64,000 nucleotides of DNA from Acidiferrobacterales bacterium (GTDB lineage: Bacteria; Pseudomonadota; Gammaproteobacteria; Acidiferrobacterales; JAJDNE01). Every line of letters begins with the position of its first letter. Within the stretch, counting starts at the first letter, position 1. A program made the position numbers and the translations under genes. Shown one piece after another: positions 53,455-62,797 of the stretch. The notes under the pieces are model-generated. The model ran no database searches, was not told where the DNA came from, and worked only from the letters and a program-made list of their open reading frames with translations. The stretch spans positions 61 through 64,060 of the forward strand of contig JAZFSZ010000098.1 in the NCBI GenBank assembly GCA_036446455.1, in the 5' to 3' direction.

Positions 53455-53479
53455 CAGCGGCGAACGCGGAAAGATTCAA

Positions 53480-53797
53480 ATGTCTGATATTCTTACAAAA
53501 TTGGCAGTGGTGCTCGAGGACAGGCGCAAAGCCGATCCTGCGTCGTCTTATGTTGCCGGGCTGTACGACAAGGGCCTGGACGCCATTTTAAAGAAAATTG
53601 GCGAGGAGGCCAACGAGACCATTATTGCCGCCAAATCTGGCGATAGCGACCAGATAATCCATGAAACTGCCGATTTATGGTTTCATACCCTGGTGATGTT
53701 GATTGACCGGGGGCTGCATCCGGATCAGGTGCTTGAGGAACTGATGCGCCGTTTTGGCACTTCCGGACTTGAAGAAAAGGCACAGCGCCACCACTGA
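53480..53797 (+). CDS. hisE: Phosphoribosyl-ATP pyrophosphatase
   Basis: 105 aa. [32 protein letters not shown] pattern. Confidence 0.92.
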   Translation: MSDILTKLAVVLEDRRKADPASSYVAGLYDKGLDAILKKIGEEANETIIAAKSGDSDQIIHETADLWFHTLVMLIDRGLHPDQVLEELMRRFGTSGLEEKAQRHH

Positions 53798-53866
53798 TCA
53801 AGGTGACGCTTATACGCGGGAAGTGTGATTTTCGCGGTTTTCAAATTATTTGTTGGAGTAAGGAAC

Positions 53867-54109
53867 ATGGGTGGTATTGGAATTTGGCAATTGGTAATCG
53901 TGCTGGTGATTGTGCTTTTGATCTTTGGCACCAAGAAACTGCGTAATCTGGGTGGTGATGTCGGCGGCGCCATCAAGAATTTCAAGGGCGCGATGAAAGA
54001 GGGGAAGGATGGTGATAAGAAGAAGGTCGAGGACCAGAGCGACAGCGGCCGCGTGATCGACGCGAAGGCCAAGGTGGAAGATAAAGTGGAAGACAAGGGC
54101 AAGTCCTAG
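53867..54109 (+). CDS. tatA: Twin-arginine translocase subunit TatA
   Basis: The ATG at 53867 follows GGAGTAAGGA (the ORF is open from 53825). 80 aa. [29 protein letters not shown]. Confidence 0.9.
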   Translation: MGGIGIWQLVIVLVIVLLIFGTKKLRNLGGDVGGAIKNFKGAMKEGKDGDKKKVEDQSDSGRVIDAKAKVEDKVEDKGKS

Positions 54110-54136
54110 ACTTGCCTGTCTTGCTAAATCCGTTAC

Positions 54137-54592
54137 ATGTTCGATATCGGATTCTTGGAGCTGGCGCTCATTGGCATTCTGGCGCTGGTGGTGTTGGGTC
54201 CCAAGCGCTTGCCCGAGGCGGCGCGCACGGCGGGTCGATGGGTCGGTAAGCTACGCGCTTTTATTTCCGATGTTAAACAGGATATTGATCGCGAGATCGA
54301 AAGTGGCGATCTAGCCGATTTTCGGCGCCTGAAAGATGAACTTAGCAAGGCACGCACCCTGATTGAAGAGTCTTCAAACAGCATTTACCAGCAAGTTGAC
54401 GGTCTGGCGGGCAATATTAATCAAGAGGTAAAAGGAATCAGTTCGCCTGCGTCGGTTGCTTTGGCAAGGAAGAAGAAATCCCCGGCAAAAAAGAAAACCG
54501 CAGGCAAGAAGAGGGCGGTGAAGAAAAAGCCCGCGAAAAAACCCGAAAACAAGAAAGCGGCAAAAAAGAAATCCCGCAAACGCAAAACCTGA
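54137..54592 (+). CDS. tatB: Twin-arginine translocase subunit TatB (Lys-rich C-terminal tail)
   Basis: 151 aa. MFDIGFLELALIGILALVVLGPKRLP is typical of TatB. The last ~45 residues are K/A/P-rich. Confidence 0.88.
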   Translation: MFDIGFLELALIGILALVVLGPKRLPEAARTAGRWVGKLRAFISDVKQDIDREIESGDLADFRRLKDELSKARTLIEESSNSIYQQVDGLAGNINQEVKGISSPASVALARKKKSPAKKKTAGKKRAVKKKPAKKPENKKAAKKKSRKRKT

Positions 54593-54604
54593 TCAAATCA
54601 GAAC

Positions 54605-55462
54605 ATGGCGGACGTCGACAATCCCAAAAATTCAGAAGGCTCGCTAATCAGCCATTTGCTGGAGCTGCGCAATCGCCTGCTCTATGCTGTCATCGCCATA
54701 CTCATTGCGTTTGTACCGCTGGCGATTTTTTCCGAACAGTTATATCAACAGCTGGCGGCACCCCTGCTGGCATCGTTGCCGGAAGGTAGCGATATGATTG
54801 TGACCCATCCGCTGCAGGCATTTTTGACGCCGATCAAGCTCGCATTATTTTTTGCTATTATCATCACTATCCCGTTTGTGCTGTACCAGATCTGGGCGTT
54901 CGTGGCGCCGGGACTGTACAAACACGAGCAGAGAATGGTGTTACCGCTATTGGTGTCGAGCAGCTTGTTGTTTTATACCGGTATGGCATTCGCCTACTTT
55001 GTTGTGTTTCCTCTGGTGTTCGGTTTTCTCTCCAGGGTCACACCAGAAGGCGTGCAGTTCATGCCGGACATCAAGGCCTATCAGGATTTTGTGTTTACCT
55101 TGTTTTTTGCCTTTGGTGTGGCATTTGAATTACCGGTGGCGCTGGTGCTGTTGACTCGTCTGGGCGTCATTAACCCGCATACACTCGGGAAAAAACGGCC
55201 CTACGTCGTGTTATGGACCTTTGTGGTGGCCATGCTGCTGACACCACCGGATCCCTTGTCTCAAACCATGCTGGCGATACCCTTGCTGATATTGTTCGAA
55301 ATCGGTTTATTTATATCCAGACGCGTGAAACCACGCGAAAAAGACAATGACAGTGAAGAAATGACGGATGCGGAAATGGAAGCAGAAATGGACGCAGCCT
55401 TGAAGGAACTCGACTCCCCGTTTGAATCCAGCCGCGATACCCAGGGGAACAAAAAGCGGTAG
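54605..55462 (+). CDS. tatC: Twin-arginine translocase subunit TatC
   Basis: 285 aa. LISHLLELRNRLL N-terminus and a 6-TM pattern. Confidence 0.94.
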   Translation: MADVDNPKNSEGSLISHLLELRNRLLYAVIAILIAFVPLAIFSEQLYQQLAAPLLASLPEGSDMIVTHPLQAFLTPIKLALFFAIIITIPFVLYQIWAFVAPGLYKHEQRMVLPLLVSSSLLFYTGMAFAYFVVFPLVFGFLSRVTPEGVQFMPDIKAYQDFVFTLFFAFGVAFELPVALVLLTRLGVINPHTLGKKRPYVVLWTFVVAMLLTPPDPLSQTMLAIPLLILFEIGLFISRRVKPREKDNDSEEMTDAEMEAEMDAALKELDSPFESSRDTQGNKKR

Positions 55463-55481
55463 ATGCCCGTCCAAGCAACTG

Positions 55482-57338
55482 ATGAAACGGCATCTGCAAC
55501 GTTTTCTGCTTTTCAGCGTCCTGACGGCATCCGCCTGGATGCCCGTGACCAACGCGGAACCCCGGCTTGAAAACCAGCTCGCCAATCACGCCTCACCTTA
55601 TCTTGCGCTGCATGCCAGCGATCCCGTGAAATGGCAGGACTGGAGGCCTGCTGTCATTAAACTGGCGCGTAAGCAAAACAAGCTTGTTTACCTGTCTATC
55701 GGTTACTTTTCCTGTCACTGGTGCCATGTGATGCAGCGGGAGAGTTATCGCAATCCGGAGATCGCCCGTTTTCTAAATGAGCATTTTATTCCCGTCAAGG
55801 TTGATCGTGAACTGGAACCGGCGCTGGACTCGCATTTGATCGAATTTGCCGAGCAGACCCTGGGTGTGGCGGGCTGGCCGTTGAATGTGTTTCTGACGCC
55901 CGAGGGTTATCCGTTATACGCCGTGCTCTACATGCCACGGAAAGAATTTCAGCAGGTATTGGTTAAATTGCAGAAACTCTGGCACCAGGATTCAGCGAGC
56001 CTGGTGAAGCTGGCAAGACAGGCTGTGAACCAGGGCAAGGGTCCGGGCAAGCCTGTTTTGAATTCTGGTCAGGTAAAGGCCTATGTCAGCAAGATTGTCG
56101 AAACCAGTTTTACCATTGGCGATCCTTTTCATGGTGGCTTCGGTGAGCAGTCCAAGTTCCCGTCGGTACCGCAACTGGACTTCCTGCTGGCACAGTACCA
56201 GCGTCAACCCGATAGCAAATTGAAGAACTTCCTTCAGCGTACGTTCGATCAAATGATGCGTAACGGATTGTATGATCATCTGGGGGGTGGTTTTTTTCGA
56301 TACACTGTCGATCCCGGCTGGCAGACGCCGCACTTCGAGAAAATGTTATACGACAACGCTTTACTGGCAAGACTGTATTTGCGTGCAGGCATGCTATGGC
56401 AACGTGATGACTACCTGCAGATATCGGCAGAAACGCTGAAATTTATGCAAAAGGAAATGCGCCATGCAGAGGGCGCCTTTATCGCTTCGCTATCCGCGCT
56501 TGATGACAAGGGTGTGGAAGGCGGCTATTACTTGTGGTCGTTGTCTGAACTCGGAAAATTATTGAGCGCGGACGAGCTAAAAGCTTATCGGTTGGCCAGC
56601 GGCATGATGGACGCACCGCCGTTTGAAAACGGTTACTTGCCAATGCAGGTACTGACGGCAAATGAAGTGGGTGAGTCGCTAAAGCTTGGCGCGAACAAAG
56701 TGCAAGCGTTGCTATCATCGGCGCAAACAAAACTGCACGTGGCGCGGAACCGCCGCACGATTCCCAAAGACATAAAGTTACTCGCTGGTTGGAATGGTCT
56801 CGCGCTTTCTGTCTACGCTGAGGCAGCGCGAGTAAAGAAAGATGCGATTTATGGTGCAACGGCAAAGGCATTGCACGACTATTTGGTCAAAACATTGTGG
56901 GTAGATGGTGGTTTGCAACGGTCCGTGGCCAATGGCCGTGCTGTCGGACAAGCATCGCTTGAAGACTATGCGCAAGTGGCGCATGGACTGCTGGATTATG
57001 CCCGCTTAACGAAACGGCAAAAGGACTATCGGCTGGCGCGGAAAGTGGTCGATGCGGCATGGGAGCGATTCTATAGCGGCACAGGTTGGCGCCTGAGTGA
57101 GAAAATGCTGATTCAAACAAAAGTGTCCAGGGATGCACATGCCGATGGTCCCATGCCGTCACCCTCGGGATCTATTCTTGCCACATCATTGACGCTGGCC
57201 GAATTACGCGATGACCGTGCCTTGTATAAAAAGGCTCTGGCAGCACTGAACAGCGGTCATGAAGCCATTCAATCCGATCCCTTCTGGTATGCCACCCACG
57301 TGGCGGCGATGGTCCAGGCGATTGACCAGTCTCCCTAG
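55482..57338 (+). CDS. Exported thioredoxin-fold protein, DUF255/YyaL family (with six-hairpin glycosidase-like C-terminal region)
   Basis: The ATG at 55482 gives 618 aa with signal peptide MKRHLQRFLLFSVLTASAWMPVTNA. SIGYFSCHWCHVMQRESY is the DUF255 thioredoxin-like motif. Confidence 0.85.
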   Translation: MKRHLQRFLLFSVLTASAWMPVTNAEPRLENQLANHASPYLALHASDPVKWQDWRPAVIKLARKQNKLVYLSIGYFSCHWCHVMQRESYRNPEIARFLNEHFIPVKVDRELEPALDSHLIEFAEQTLGVAGWPLNVFLTPEGYPLYAVLYMPRKEFQQVLVKLQKLWHQDSASLVKLARQAVNQGKGPGKPVLNSGQVKAYVSKIVETSFTIGDPFHGGFGEQSKFPSVPQLDFLLAQYQRQPDSKLKNFLQRTFDQMMRNGLYDHLGGGFFRYTVDPGWQTPHFEKMLYDNALLARLYLRAGMLWQRDDYLQISAETLKFMQKEMRHAEGAFIASLSALDDKGVEGGYYLWSLSELGKLLSADELKAYRLASGMMDAPPFENGYLPMQVLTANEVGESLKLGANKVQALLSSAQTKLHVARNRRTIPKDIKLLAGWNGLALSVYAEAARVKKDAIYGATAKALHDYLVKTLWVDGGLQRSVANGRAVGQASLEDYAQVAHGLLDYARLTKRQKDYRLARKVVDAAWERFYSGTGWRLSEKMLIQTKVSRDAHADGPMPSPSGSILATSLTLAELRDDRALYKKALAALNSGHEAIQSDPFWYATHVAAMVQAIDQSP

Positions 57339-58504
57339 CCTGGTGTTGATGCCCGCTGTGGTCGCTCGATCACGATAGCTGTGACAGTAAGTATTTCTCC
57401 CTTGCGGAATATCTTGAGCTTTAATTTGCTGCCAGGCTTGTGGCGTGAAATTGCCGTTAACGCCTCGTGCGGGTCGGTAATCTTTTTGCCGTTTATTTCC
57501 AGAACAACGTCACCGGGTTCGATGCCGGCCTTGTGTGCCGGCCCGTTGCGCATGACGCCAGCGATAATAACGCCGCCCGGTTTGGGCAATTCAATCGCTT
57601 TGGCGATTGACGCTGTGACCGCATGGGCTTCGACACCGAGCCAGCCGCGCCGTGGACGACCGTATTTCAGGATCTCTTCCAGCACGTTTCTGGCGAGATT
57701 GGAGGGGATTGCAAAACCGATGCCTTGTGAGCCGCCGCTACGCGAGTAAATAGCGGTATTAATTCCGATCAGATTACCGTTGGCATCGACCAGTGCCCCA
57801 CCGGAGTTGCCAGGGTTGATGGCGGCGTCGGTTTGAATAAAGTTCTCAAAGGTATTGATACCCAGTTTAGTGCGACCGGTGGCACTGATAATGCCCATAG
57901 TTACGGTTTGGCCAACCCCGTAGGGATTGCCAATGGCCAGTGCCACATCACCGATATGCAGCGCATCGGAGTCGGCCAGGGTGATGACCGGCAGCTGATC
58001 GAGCTCTATTTTTAGCACCGCAAGATCGGTATCGGGATCGGTGCCGATGATTTTGGCTGCCGCCGTGCGCCCGTCTCTCAACGCCACTTGGATCTTGTCG
58101 GCGTCCTTGATGACATGATGGTTGGTAAGCAGATATCCCTTGTCGCTGATTATGACGCCGGAACCGAGGCCGGTTTGTACATGTTTGCGCGGGCGAATCA
58201 GATCGTTGCCGCCACCGAAGAATTGGCGAAAGACGGGATCATCGAAAAACGGGTGGGGTTTGATTGTCACCACCCTGGCGGTGGAGATTTTGACCACGGC
58301 GGGGGCGGCTCGTTTCACCGCCTGTGCATAGGACACCGGCCCACTGCCGGGGCCGTACACGGGGGTCGCTGCCTGGCGGATTTCTACTGTGGTGGTCTCG
58401 CGATTGGGCAATAACTGCGGCCAAATGAGAATAACTATGAATGCCAGTGCCAGGCCTGCAATAAATGCTTGGGCTACAAATTTAAAAGTGCGAAATCGGT
58501 TCAA
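57335..58504 (-). CDS. Membrane-anchored periplasmic serine endoprotease, DegS/AlgW type
   Basis: 389 aa. N-terminal anchor, catalytic contexts TNHHV / DLAVLK / GNSGGAL, and a single PDZ domain. Confidence 0.88.
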   Translation of the reverse strand: MNRFRTFKFVAQAFIAGLALAFIVILIWPQLLPNRETTTVEIRQAATPVYGPGSGPVSYAQAVKRAAPAVVKISTARVVTIKPHPFFDDPVFRQFFGGGNDLIRPRKHVQTGLGSGVIISDKGYLLTNHHVIKDADKIQVALRDGRTAAAKIIGTDPDTDLAVLKIELDQLPVITLADSDALHIGDVALAIGNPYGVGQTVTMGIISATGRTKLGINTFENFIQTDAAINPGNSGGALVDANGNLIGINTAIYSRSGGSQGIGFAIPSNLARNVLEEILKYGRPRRGWLGVEAHAVTASIAKAIELPKPGGVIIAGVMRNGPAHKAGIEPGDVVLEINGKKITDPHEALTAISRHKPGSKLKLKIFRKGEILTVTAIVIERPQRASTPG

Positions 58505-58808
58505 TGTTCAGGCCTTGGTAATAAATACTGTGTTTGTTGATGTGTCGATGGGGCAGCATTGTAGCGTACCCCGCCGGGCATTTGATTTTGCGATTTTGCT
58601 ATACATTGGGCGAACAGAGACTGTTTTAAAGCTAATTTTGAGAAATTGCGTCAGTCCCTTGACTGTAAAGGGGTGTTGTACGATCCTATGCGCCGCTTGA
58701 AACGTGCTTGAGTATTTAATAATGTACTTAACTAGCTGATCGGGAACATATTTACCGGAATTTTTTGGTTTTTTCTTTCTTTCGACCCGCAACAAAATTG
58801 GGGGATCA

Positions 58809-59405
58809 ATGAGTAAACAGGGTGTGGACCGTACACGGAGACGGTTGCTGATGATGACGTCCGGCATTGGCGCCGTAGGGGCAGCATTTGTGGCAGTTCC
58901 GTTTGTGAAGAGCATGCTGCCGAGCGCGCGCGCAAGAGCTGCTGGCGCGCCGGTTGAGGTCGATATTAGCAAGATCGAATACGGCATGAAAATTACCATC
59001 GAGTGGCGTGGAAAACCGGTGTGGATTTTGCGTCGTACTCCGGAGATGCTCGCCACGCTGGAAAAAGTCGAGCCCAAAATGGCAGATCCCGAATCGAAAG
59101 AGAGTGACCAGCCAGAGTACGTTGATCCCAGAAATCGTGCCAGCAATCCCGAATATCTGGTGGTGCTCGGCATCTGTACCCACCTCGGTTGCTCACCGAA
59201 AGATCGGCTGCAACCCGGTTCTGTATCCGGTCTTGGTGCTGATTGGCTGGGAGGGTTTTTCTGCCCCTGCCACGGCTCCACGTTTGATCTTGCCGGTCGT
59301 GTATTCAAAAATGTACCGGCGCCGACCAATTTGCCGGTACCACCTTACCGTTATCTCAGTGACAGCCGCATTATCGTCGGCGAAGACGAAAAAGGAGCGG
59401 CTTGA
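58809..59405 (+). CDS. petA: Ubiquinol-cytochrome c reductase, Rieske iron-sulfur subunit
   Basis: 198 aa. Tat-type signal TRRRLLMMTSG and Rieske boxes CTHLGC and CPCHGS. Confidence 0.95.
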   Translation: MSKQGVDRTRRRLLMMTSGIGAVGAAFVAVPFVKSMLPSARARAAGAPVEVDISKIEYGMKITIEWRGKPVWILRRTPEMLATLEKVEPKMADPESKESDQPEYVDPRNRASNPEYLVVLGICTHLGCSPKDRLQPGSVSGLGADWLGGFFCPCHGSTFDLAGRVFKNVPAPTNLPVPPYRYLSDSRIIVGEDEKGAA

Positions 59406-60754
59406 TGGAGAAAATCATGAAATGGATAGACGATCGTTTCCCGCTAACCGAAACGTTCGAATATCACATGTCCAAATACTACGCGCCGAAAAACTTTAAT
59501 TTCTGGTACTACTTCGGTTCGTTGGCAATCCTGATGCTGGTCATTCAGATTCTCACCGGTATTTTTCTGACTATGCACTACAAGCCCGATATCGTTCTTG
59601 CATTTGCCTCGGTTGAATACATCATGCGCGACGTCGAGTATGGCTGGCTGATTCGGTATATGCATTCCACCGGTGCGTCGTTCTTCTTCATCGCGGTGTA
59701 CCTGCACATGTATCGCGGTCTGATCTATGGATCCTACCGTAGACCGCGTGAGTTGCTGTGGATCATCGGTGTCATCATCTTCATTGCGCTGATGGCGGAG
59801 TCCTTCATGGGTTACCTGCTGCCATGGGGCAACATGTCCTACTGGGGCGCGCAGGTCATTATCTCGTTGTTTGATGCCGTTCCAGTGGTTGGCCCGGGGC
59901 TAGCCGAATGGATACGCGGCGATTTTGTTATCGGTGATGCTACTTTGAATCGCTTTTTCGCCTTTCACGTGGCGGCGGTACCGCTGGTACTGATTATACT
60001 GGTGTACCTGCACCTGGTGGCGCTGCACCATGTCGGGTCCAATAACCCGGATGGTATTGAGATCAAGGAGAACAAGGGTCCCGATGGCATACCGTTGGAC
60101 GGCATCCCCTTCCACCCCTATTACACGGTGAAGGATATTGTCGGTGCGACTGTGTTCCTGATGTTATATTCCGCGGTTATGTTTTTCGCGCCGGAACTGG
60201 GTGGCTTGTTCCTTGAACACGACAACTTTAATCCGGCCAATATCCTGCAAACGCCGTCGGAGATTGTGCCACTGTGGTACTTCACGCCGTTTTATTCAAT
60301 ACTGCGTGCCAGTACCAACAGCATGATGTGGAAGCTGTCCATTATGGTGATCATAGTCGGTGGCTTTACCCTGATTTATGCCCGTCATTTTATGGTCAAA
60401 GCAGCTGCGTTTATTGTACCGGCGATCTTCATTGTTGGTTTCTATACACTCCAGGCCAAACTATGGGGCGTTATCCTCATGTTCGGTTCTCTTATGGTGT
60501 TGTTCCCACTGTCGTGGCTGGACAAGTCACCAGTGAAATCCATTCGCTATCGTGGCTGGATATTCAAGCTGGCGCTGTTCCTGTTTATCGTCTCCTTCGG
60601 CATTCTGGGATATCTGGGCATGAAGCCGCCGACAGAGCTGAAAACGCTGGCGGCGCAGATCTGTACCCTGATTTATTTCATGTTCTTTCTGATGATGCCG
60701 TTTTACACGCGGTGGGATAAAACCAAACCAGTTCCGGAAAGGGTAACAACATGA
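59405..60754 (+). CDS. petB: Cytochrome b
   Basis: 449 aa from ATG 59405 (TGATG overlap with petA; TTG 59402 is also possible). Typical cytochrome b N-terminus and haem-ligand His-bearing helices (RYMHSTGASFFF, HLVALHHVGSNNP). Confidence 0.95.
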   Translation: MEKIMKWIDDRFPLTETFEYHMSKYYAPKNFNFWYYFGSLAILMLVIQILTGIFLTMHYKPDIVLAFASVEYIMRDVEYGWLIRYMHSTGASFFFIAVYLHMYRGLIYGSYRRPRELLWIIGVIIFIALMAESFMGYLLPWGNMSYWGAQVIISLFDAVPVVGPGLAEWIRGDFVIGDATLNRFFAFHVAAVPLVLIILVYLHLVALHHVGSNNPDGIEIKENKGPDGIPLDGIPFHPYYTVKDIVGATVFLMLYSAVMFFAPELGGLFLEHDNFNPANILQTPSEIVPLWYFTPFYSILRASTNSMMWKLSIMVIIVGGFTLIYARHFMVKAAAFIVPAIFIVGFYTLQAKLWGVILMFGSLMVLFPLSWLDKSPVKSIRYRGWIFKLALFLFIVSFGILGYLGMKPPTELKTLAAQICTLIYFMFFLMMPFYTRWDKTKPVPERVTT

Positions 60755-61494
60755 AAAAAGGTTTAGTCACAATGATGCTGGCCCTGTTGCCGGTAGTAGG
60801 ATTTGCGTCCAGCGGTAACATCCATCTGGATAAAGTCACCGTGGATCTTTCCGACCAGGCATCACTGCAGCGGGGCGCGAAGATTTTTGTCAACTATTGC
60901 CTGTCCTGTCACAGTGCGTCGTATATGCGTTACAACCGTATGGCGACCGATCTTGGCCTGACCGAGGCGCAGGTGGAAGATCACATGGGCTTCATTACCG
61001 ACGACACAGGCAAGTTCAAGCCCGGCGCACTGATGAAGGCGACGATCAATGCCGATGAGGCCGAGGCCGCATTTAATACGGTACCGCCGGATCTCAGCGT
61101 GATGGCGCGATCCCGTGGTGCCAACTGGATCTATACCTACATGCGTAGTTTCTACCGCGACGAAACAGCACCGAGTGGCTGGAACAACGTGGTGTTTCAG
61201 AATGTTTCCATGCCACATGTATTGTGGGCATGGCAGGGCACCCAGGCAGCAGAGTTCAGAATCGACGAGGATGGCGTCAAACACTTTGAGGGATTTAAAA
61301 CCATCAAGGTCGGTAGTATGAGCGAGAAAGAGTATAACGAGGCGGTGCGCGACTTGACGGCATTTATGGTTTATCTTGGCGAACCCGCAAAACTGGTTCG
61401 TTACCAACTCGGGGTATATGTACTGCTGTTCCTGGCGTTTTTCCTGGTATTCGCGTACCTGTTGAAAAAGAACTACTGGAAGGACGTAAACTAG
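60751..61494 (+). CDS. petC: Cytochrome c1
   Basis: 247 aa. Signal peptide, haem-binding CLSCHS, C-terminal membrane anchor. ATGA overlap with petB. Confidence 0.92.
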   Translation: MKKGLVTMMLALLPVVGFASSGNIHLDKVTVDLSDQASLQRGAKIFVNYCLSCHSASYMRYNRMATDLGLTEAQVEDHMGFITDDTGKFKPGALMKATINADEAEAAFNTVPPDLSVMARSRGANWIYTYMRSFYRDETAPSGWNNVVFQNVSMPHVLWAWQGTQAAEFRIDEDGVKHFEGFKTIKVGSMSEKEYNEAVRDLTAFMVYLGEPAKLVRYQLGVYVLLFLAFFLVFAYLLKKNYWKDVN

Positions 61495-61515
61495 GCACCG
61501 GGTTACCGGATGCAT

Positions 61516-61540
61516 CACAGGGGGCGTCACGCCCCCTGTG
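61516..61540 (+). other. Strong GC hairpin between petC and sspA (no U-tract)
   Basis: 11-bp perfect stem CACAGGGGGCG (61516-61526) / CGCCCCCTGTG (61530-61540) with loop TCA. It is followed by GACGTTAAAG, not a T-run. Confidence 0.5.
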
Positions 61541-61573
61541 GACGTTAAAGCACACAGAATGGAGATTGCATAA

Positions 61574-62200
61574 ATGGCATTAGCCGCAAACCGCAAACCG
61601 GTCATGACGCTGTATTCCGGTACCGTCGATTGTTACAGTCACCGCACGCGCATCGTGCTGTTCGAAAAAGATGTGGAGTGCAAGATCGTATTCGTGGAGC
61701 CGGACAGCAAACCGGCCGAGCTTGCCGATCTCAATCCCTATAACCAGGTGCCCACCGTCGTCGATCGTGATCTGGTGTTGTATCAGTCTGCCATTATCAA
61801 TGAGTATCTGGATGAGCGGCTGCCGCATCCGCCATTGATGCCAGTGGATCCGGTCAGCCGCGCCCGCGCCCGTCTGATGTTGTTCCGCTTCGAGAACGAC
61901 TGGTATCGCCTGTTGCCCGATATCGCAAGCGGCGAGAAGAAAACGGCGACCAGGGCACGCAATGTCATTCGCGATGGTCTCACCGTGATTTCACTGATTT
62001 TCAAGGAACAATCATTTATTTTGGGTGAGGAATTTTCGCTGGTCGATTGCGCTTTGGCACCCATCTTGTGGCGTCTGGACCACTTTAAAATCAGCCTGCC
62101 ACGACAGGCCAAGCCCATGCTGGAGTACGCCCACCGCGTATTTGAACGCAAGTCGTTCCAGGCCAGTCTCACTGAAGCCGAACGGGAAATGGTGAAATAG
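61574..62200 (+). CDS. sspA: Stringent starvation protein A
   Basis: 208 aa. GST-like fold pattern (MTLYSG...SHRTRIVLFEKDV, PTVVDRDLVLYQSAIINEYLDERLPHPPLMP). Confidence 0.93.
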   Translation: MALAANRKPVMTLYSGTVDCYSHRTRIVLFEKDVECKIVFVEPDSKPAELADLNPYNQVPTVVDRDLVLYQSAIINEYLDERLPHPPLMPVDPVSRARARLMLFRFENDWYRLLPDIASGEKKTATRARNVIRDGLTVISLIFKEQSFILGEEFSLVDCALAPILWRLDHFKISLPRQAKPMLEYAHRVFERKSFQASLTEAEREMVK

Positions 62201-62252
62201 GCCATCACGGGTCTGTTGGCAGCAAGGCGTTCCCCTGAATCGCCATAATCGC

Positions 62253-62648
62253 ATGGTACCGGTCAAACCTTATCTCATCAGAGCTGCCTACCAGTGGGCG
62301 CTGGACAACGGCCATACACCACACTTGCTGGTGGATGCCACAATTAATGGTGTCGTTGTGCCGGTCGAATTTGTTGAAGACGGGCGTATTGTATTCAACA
62401 TCGACCCCCGGGCTGCCAGTAATCTGCTAATGGCGGACGACCTGATCGAGTTTAAAGCACGGTTTTCCGGTAAGCCTTTCGCGGTCAGCATCCCGATTAA
62501 TGCCGTACTTGGCGCTTACGCCCGTGAAAATGGGGAAGGTATCAGTTTCCCGCCTGAGATAGCGGCCGAGGTTGAAGAAGCGTCAGAAAGTGAGCCCACA
62601 TTGCCCGCGCCCTCCAGGGGCAAGCCTGATCTCAAAATTATCAATTAG
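62253..62648 (+). CDS. sspB: ClpXP adaptor SspB
   Basis: 131 aa. PYLIRAAYQWALDNGHTPHLLV N-terminus and a C-terminal ClpX-binding-type tail ending PDLKIIN. Confidence 0.92.
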   Translation: MVPVKPYLIRAAYQWALDNGHTPHLLVDATINGVVVPVEFVEDGRIVFNIDPRAASNLLMADDLIEFKARFSGKPFAVSIPINAVLGAYARENGEGISFPPEIAAEVEEASESEPTLPAPSRGKPDLKIIN

Positions 62649-62797
62649 AATTCCACATCTGTAAATCAATAGCTTAGCCACGTTCGGTGGCGTTTATACT
62701 GTTTCAAGTCAACCGATAGTACGGTCGTTCGTTATACTTGGTTAGAGGCCCAGGAAACTGCAGCTATCCACAAGGTTCAACCGTCAGGGGGTTATTC

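Noticed and set aside
58508-59329. 273-aa minus-strand ORF antisense to petA and its upstream region
   Set aside because: It overlaps the Rieske gene, which has unmistakable CTHLGC/CPCHGS boxes. The translation is Ser/Pro/Arg-rich noise. It would also overlap the degS-type gene's promoter region without any start context.
60862-61605. 247-aa minus-strand ORF antisense to petC, coincidentally the same length as petC
   Set aside because: petC has a signal peptide, a CxxCH haem motif and operon context. The antisense translation has no motif or RBS and a His/Cys/Arg-rich noise composition.
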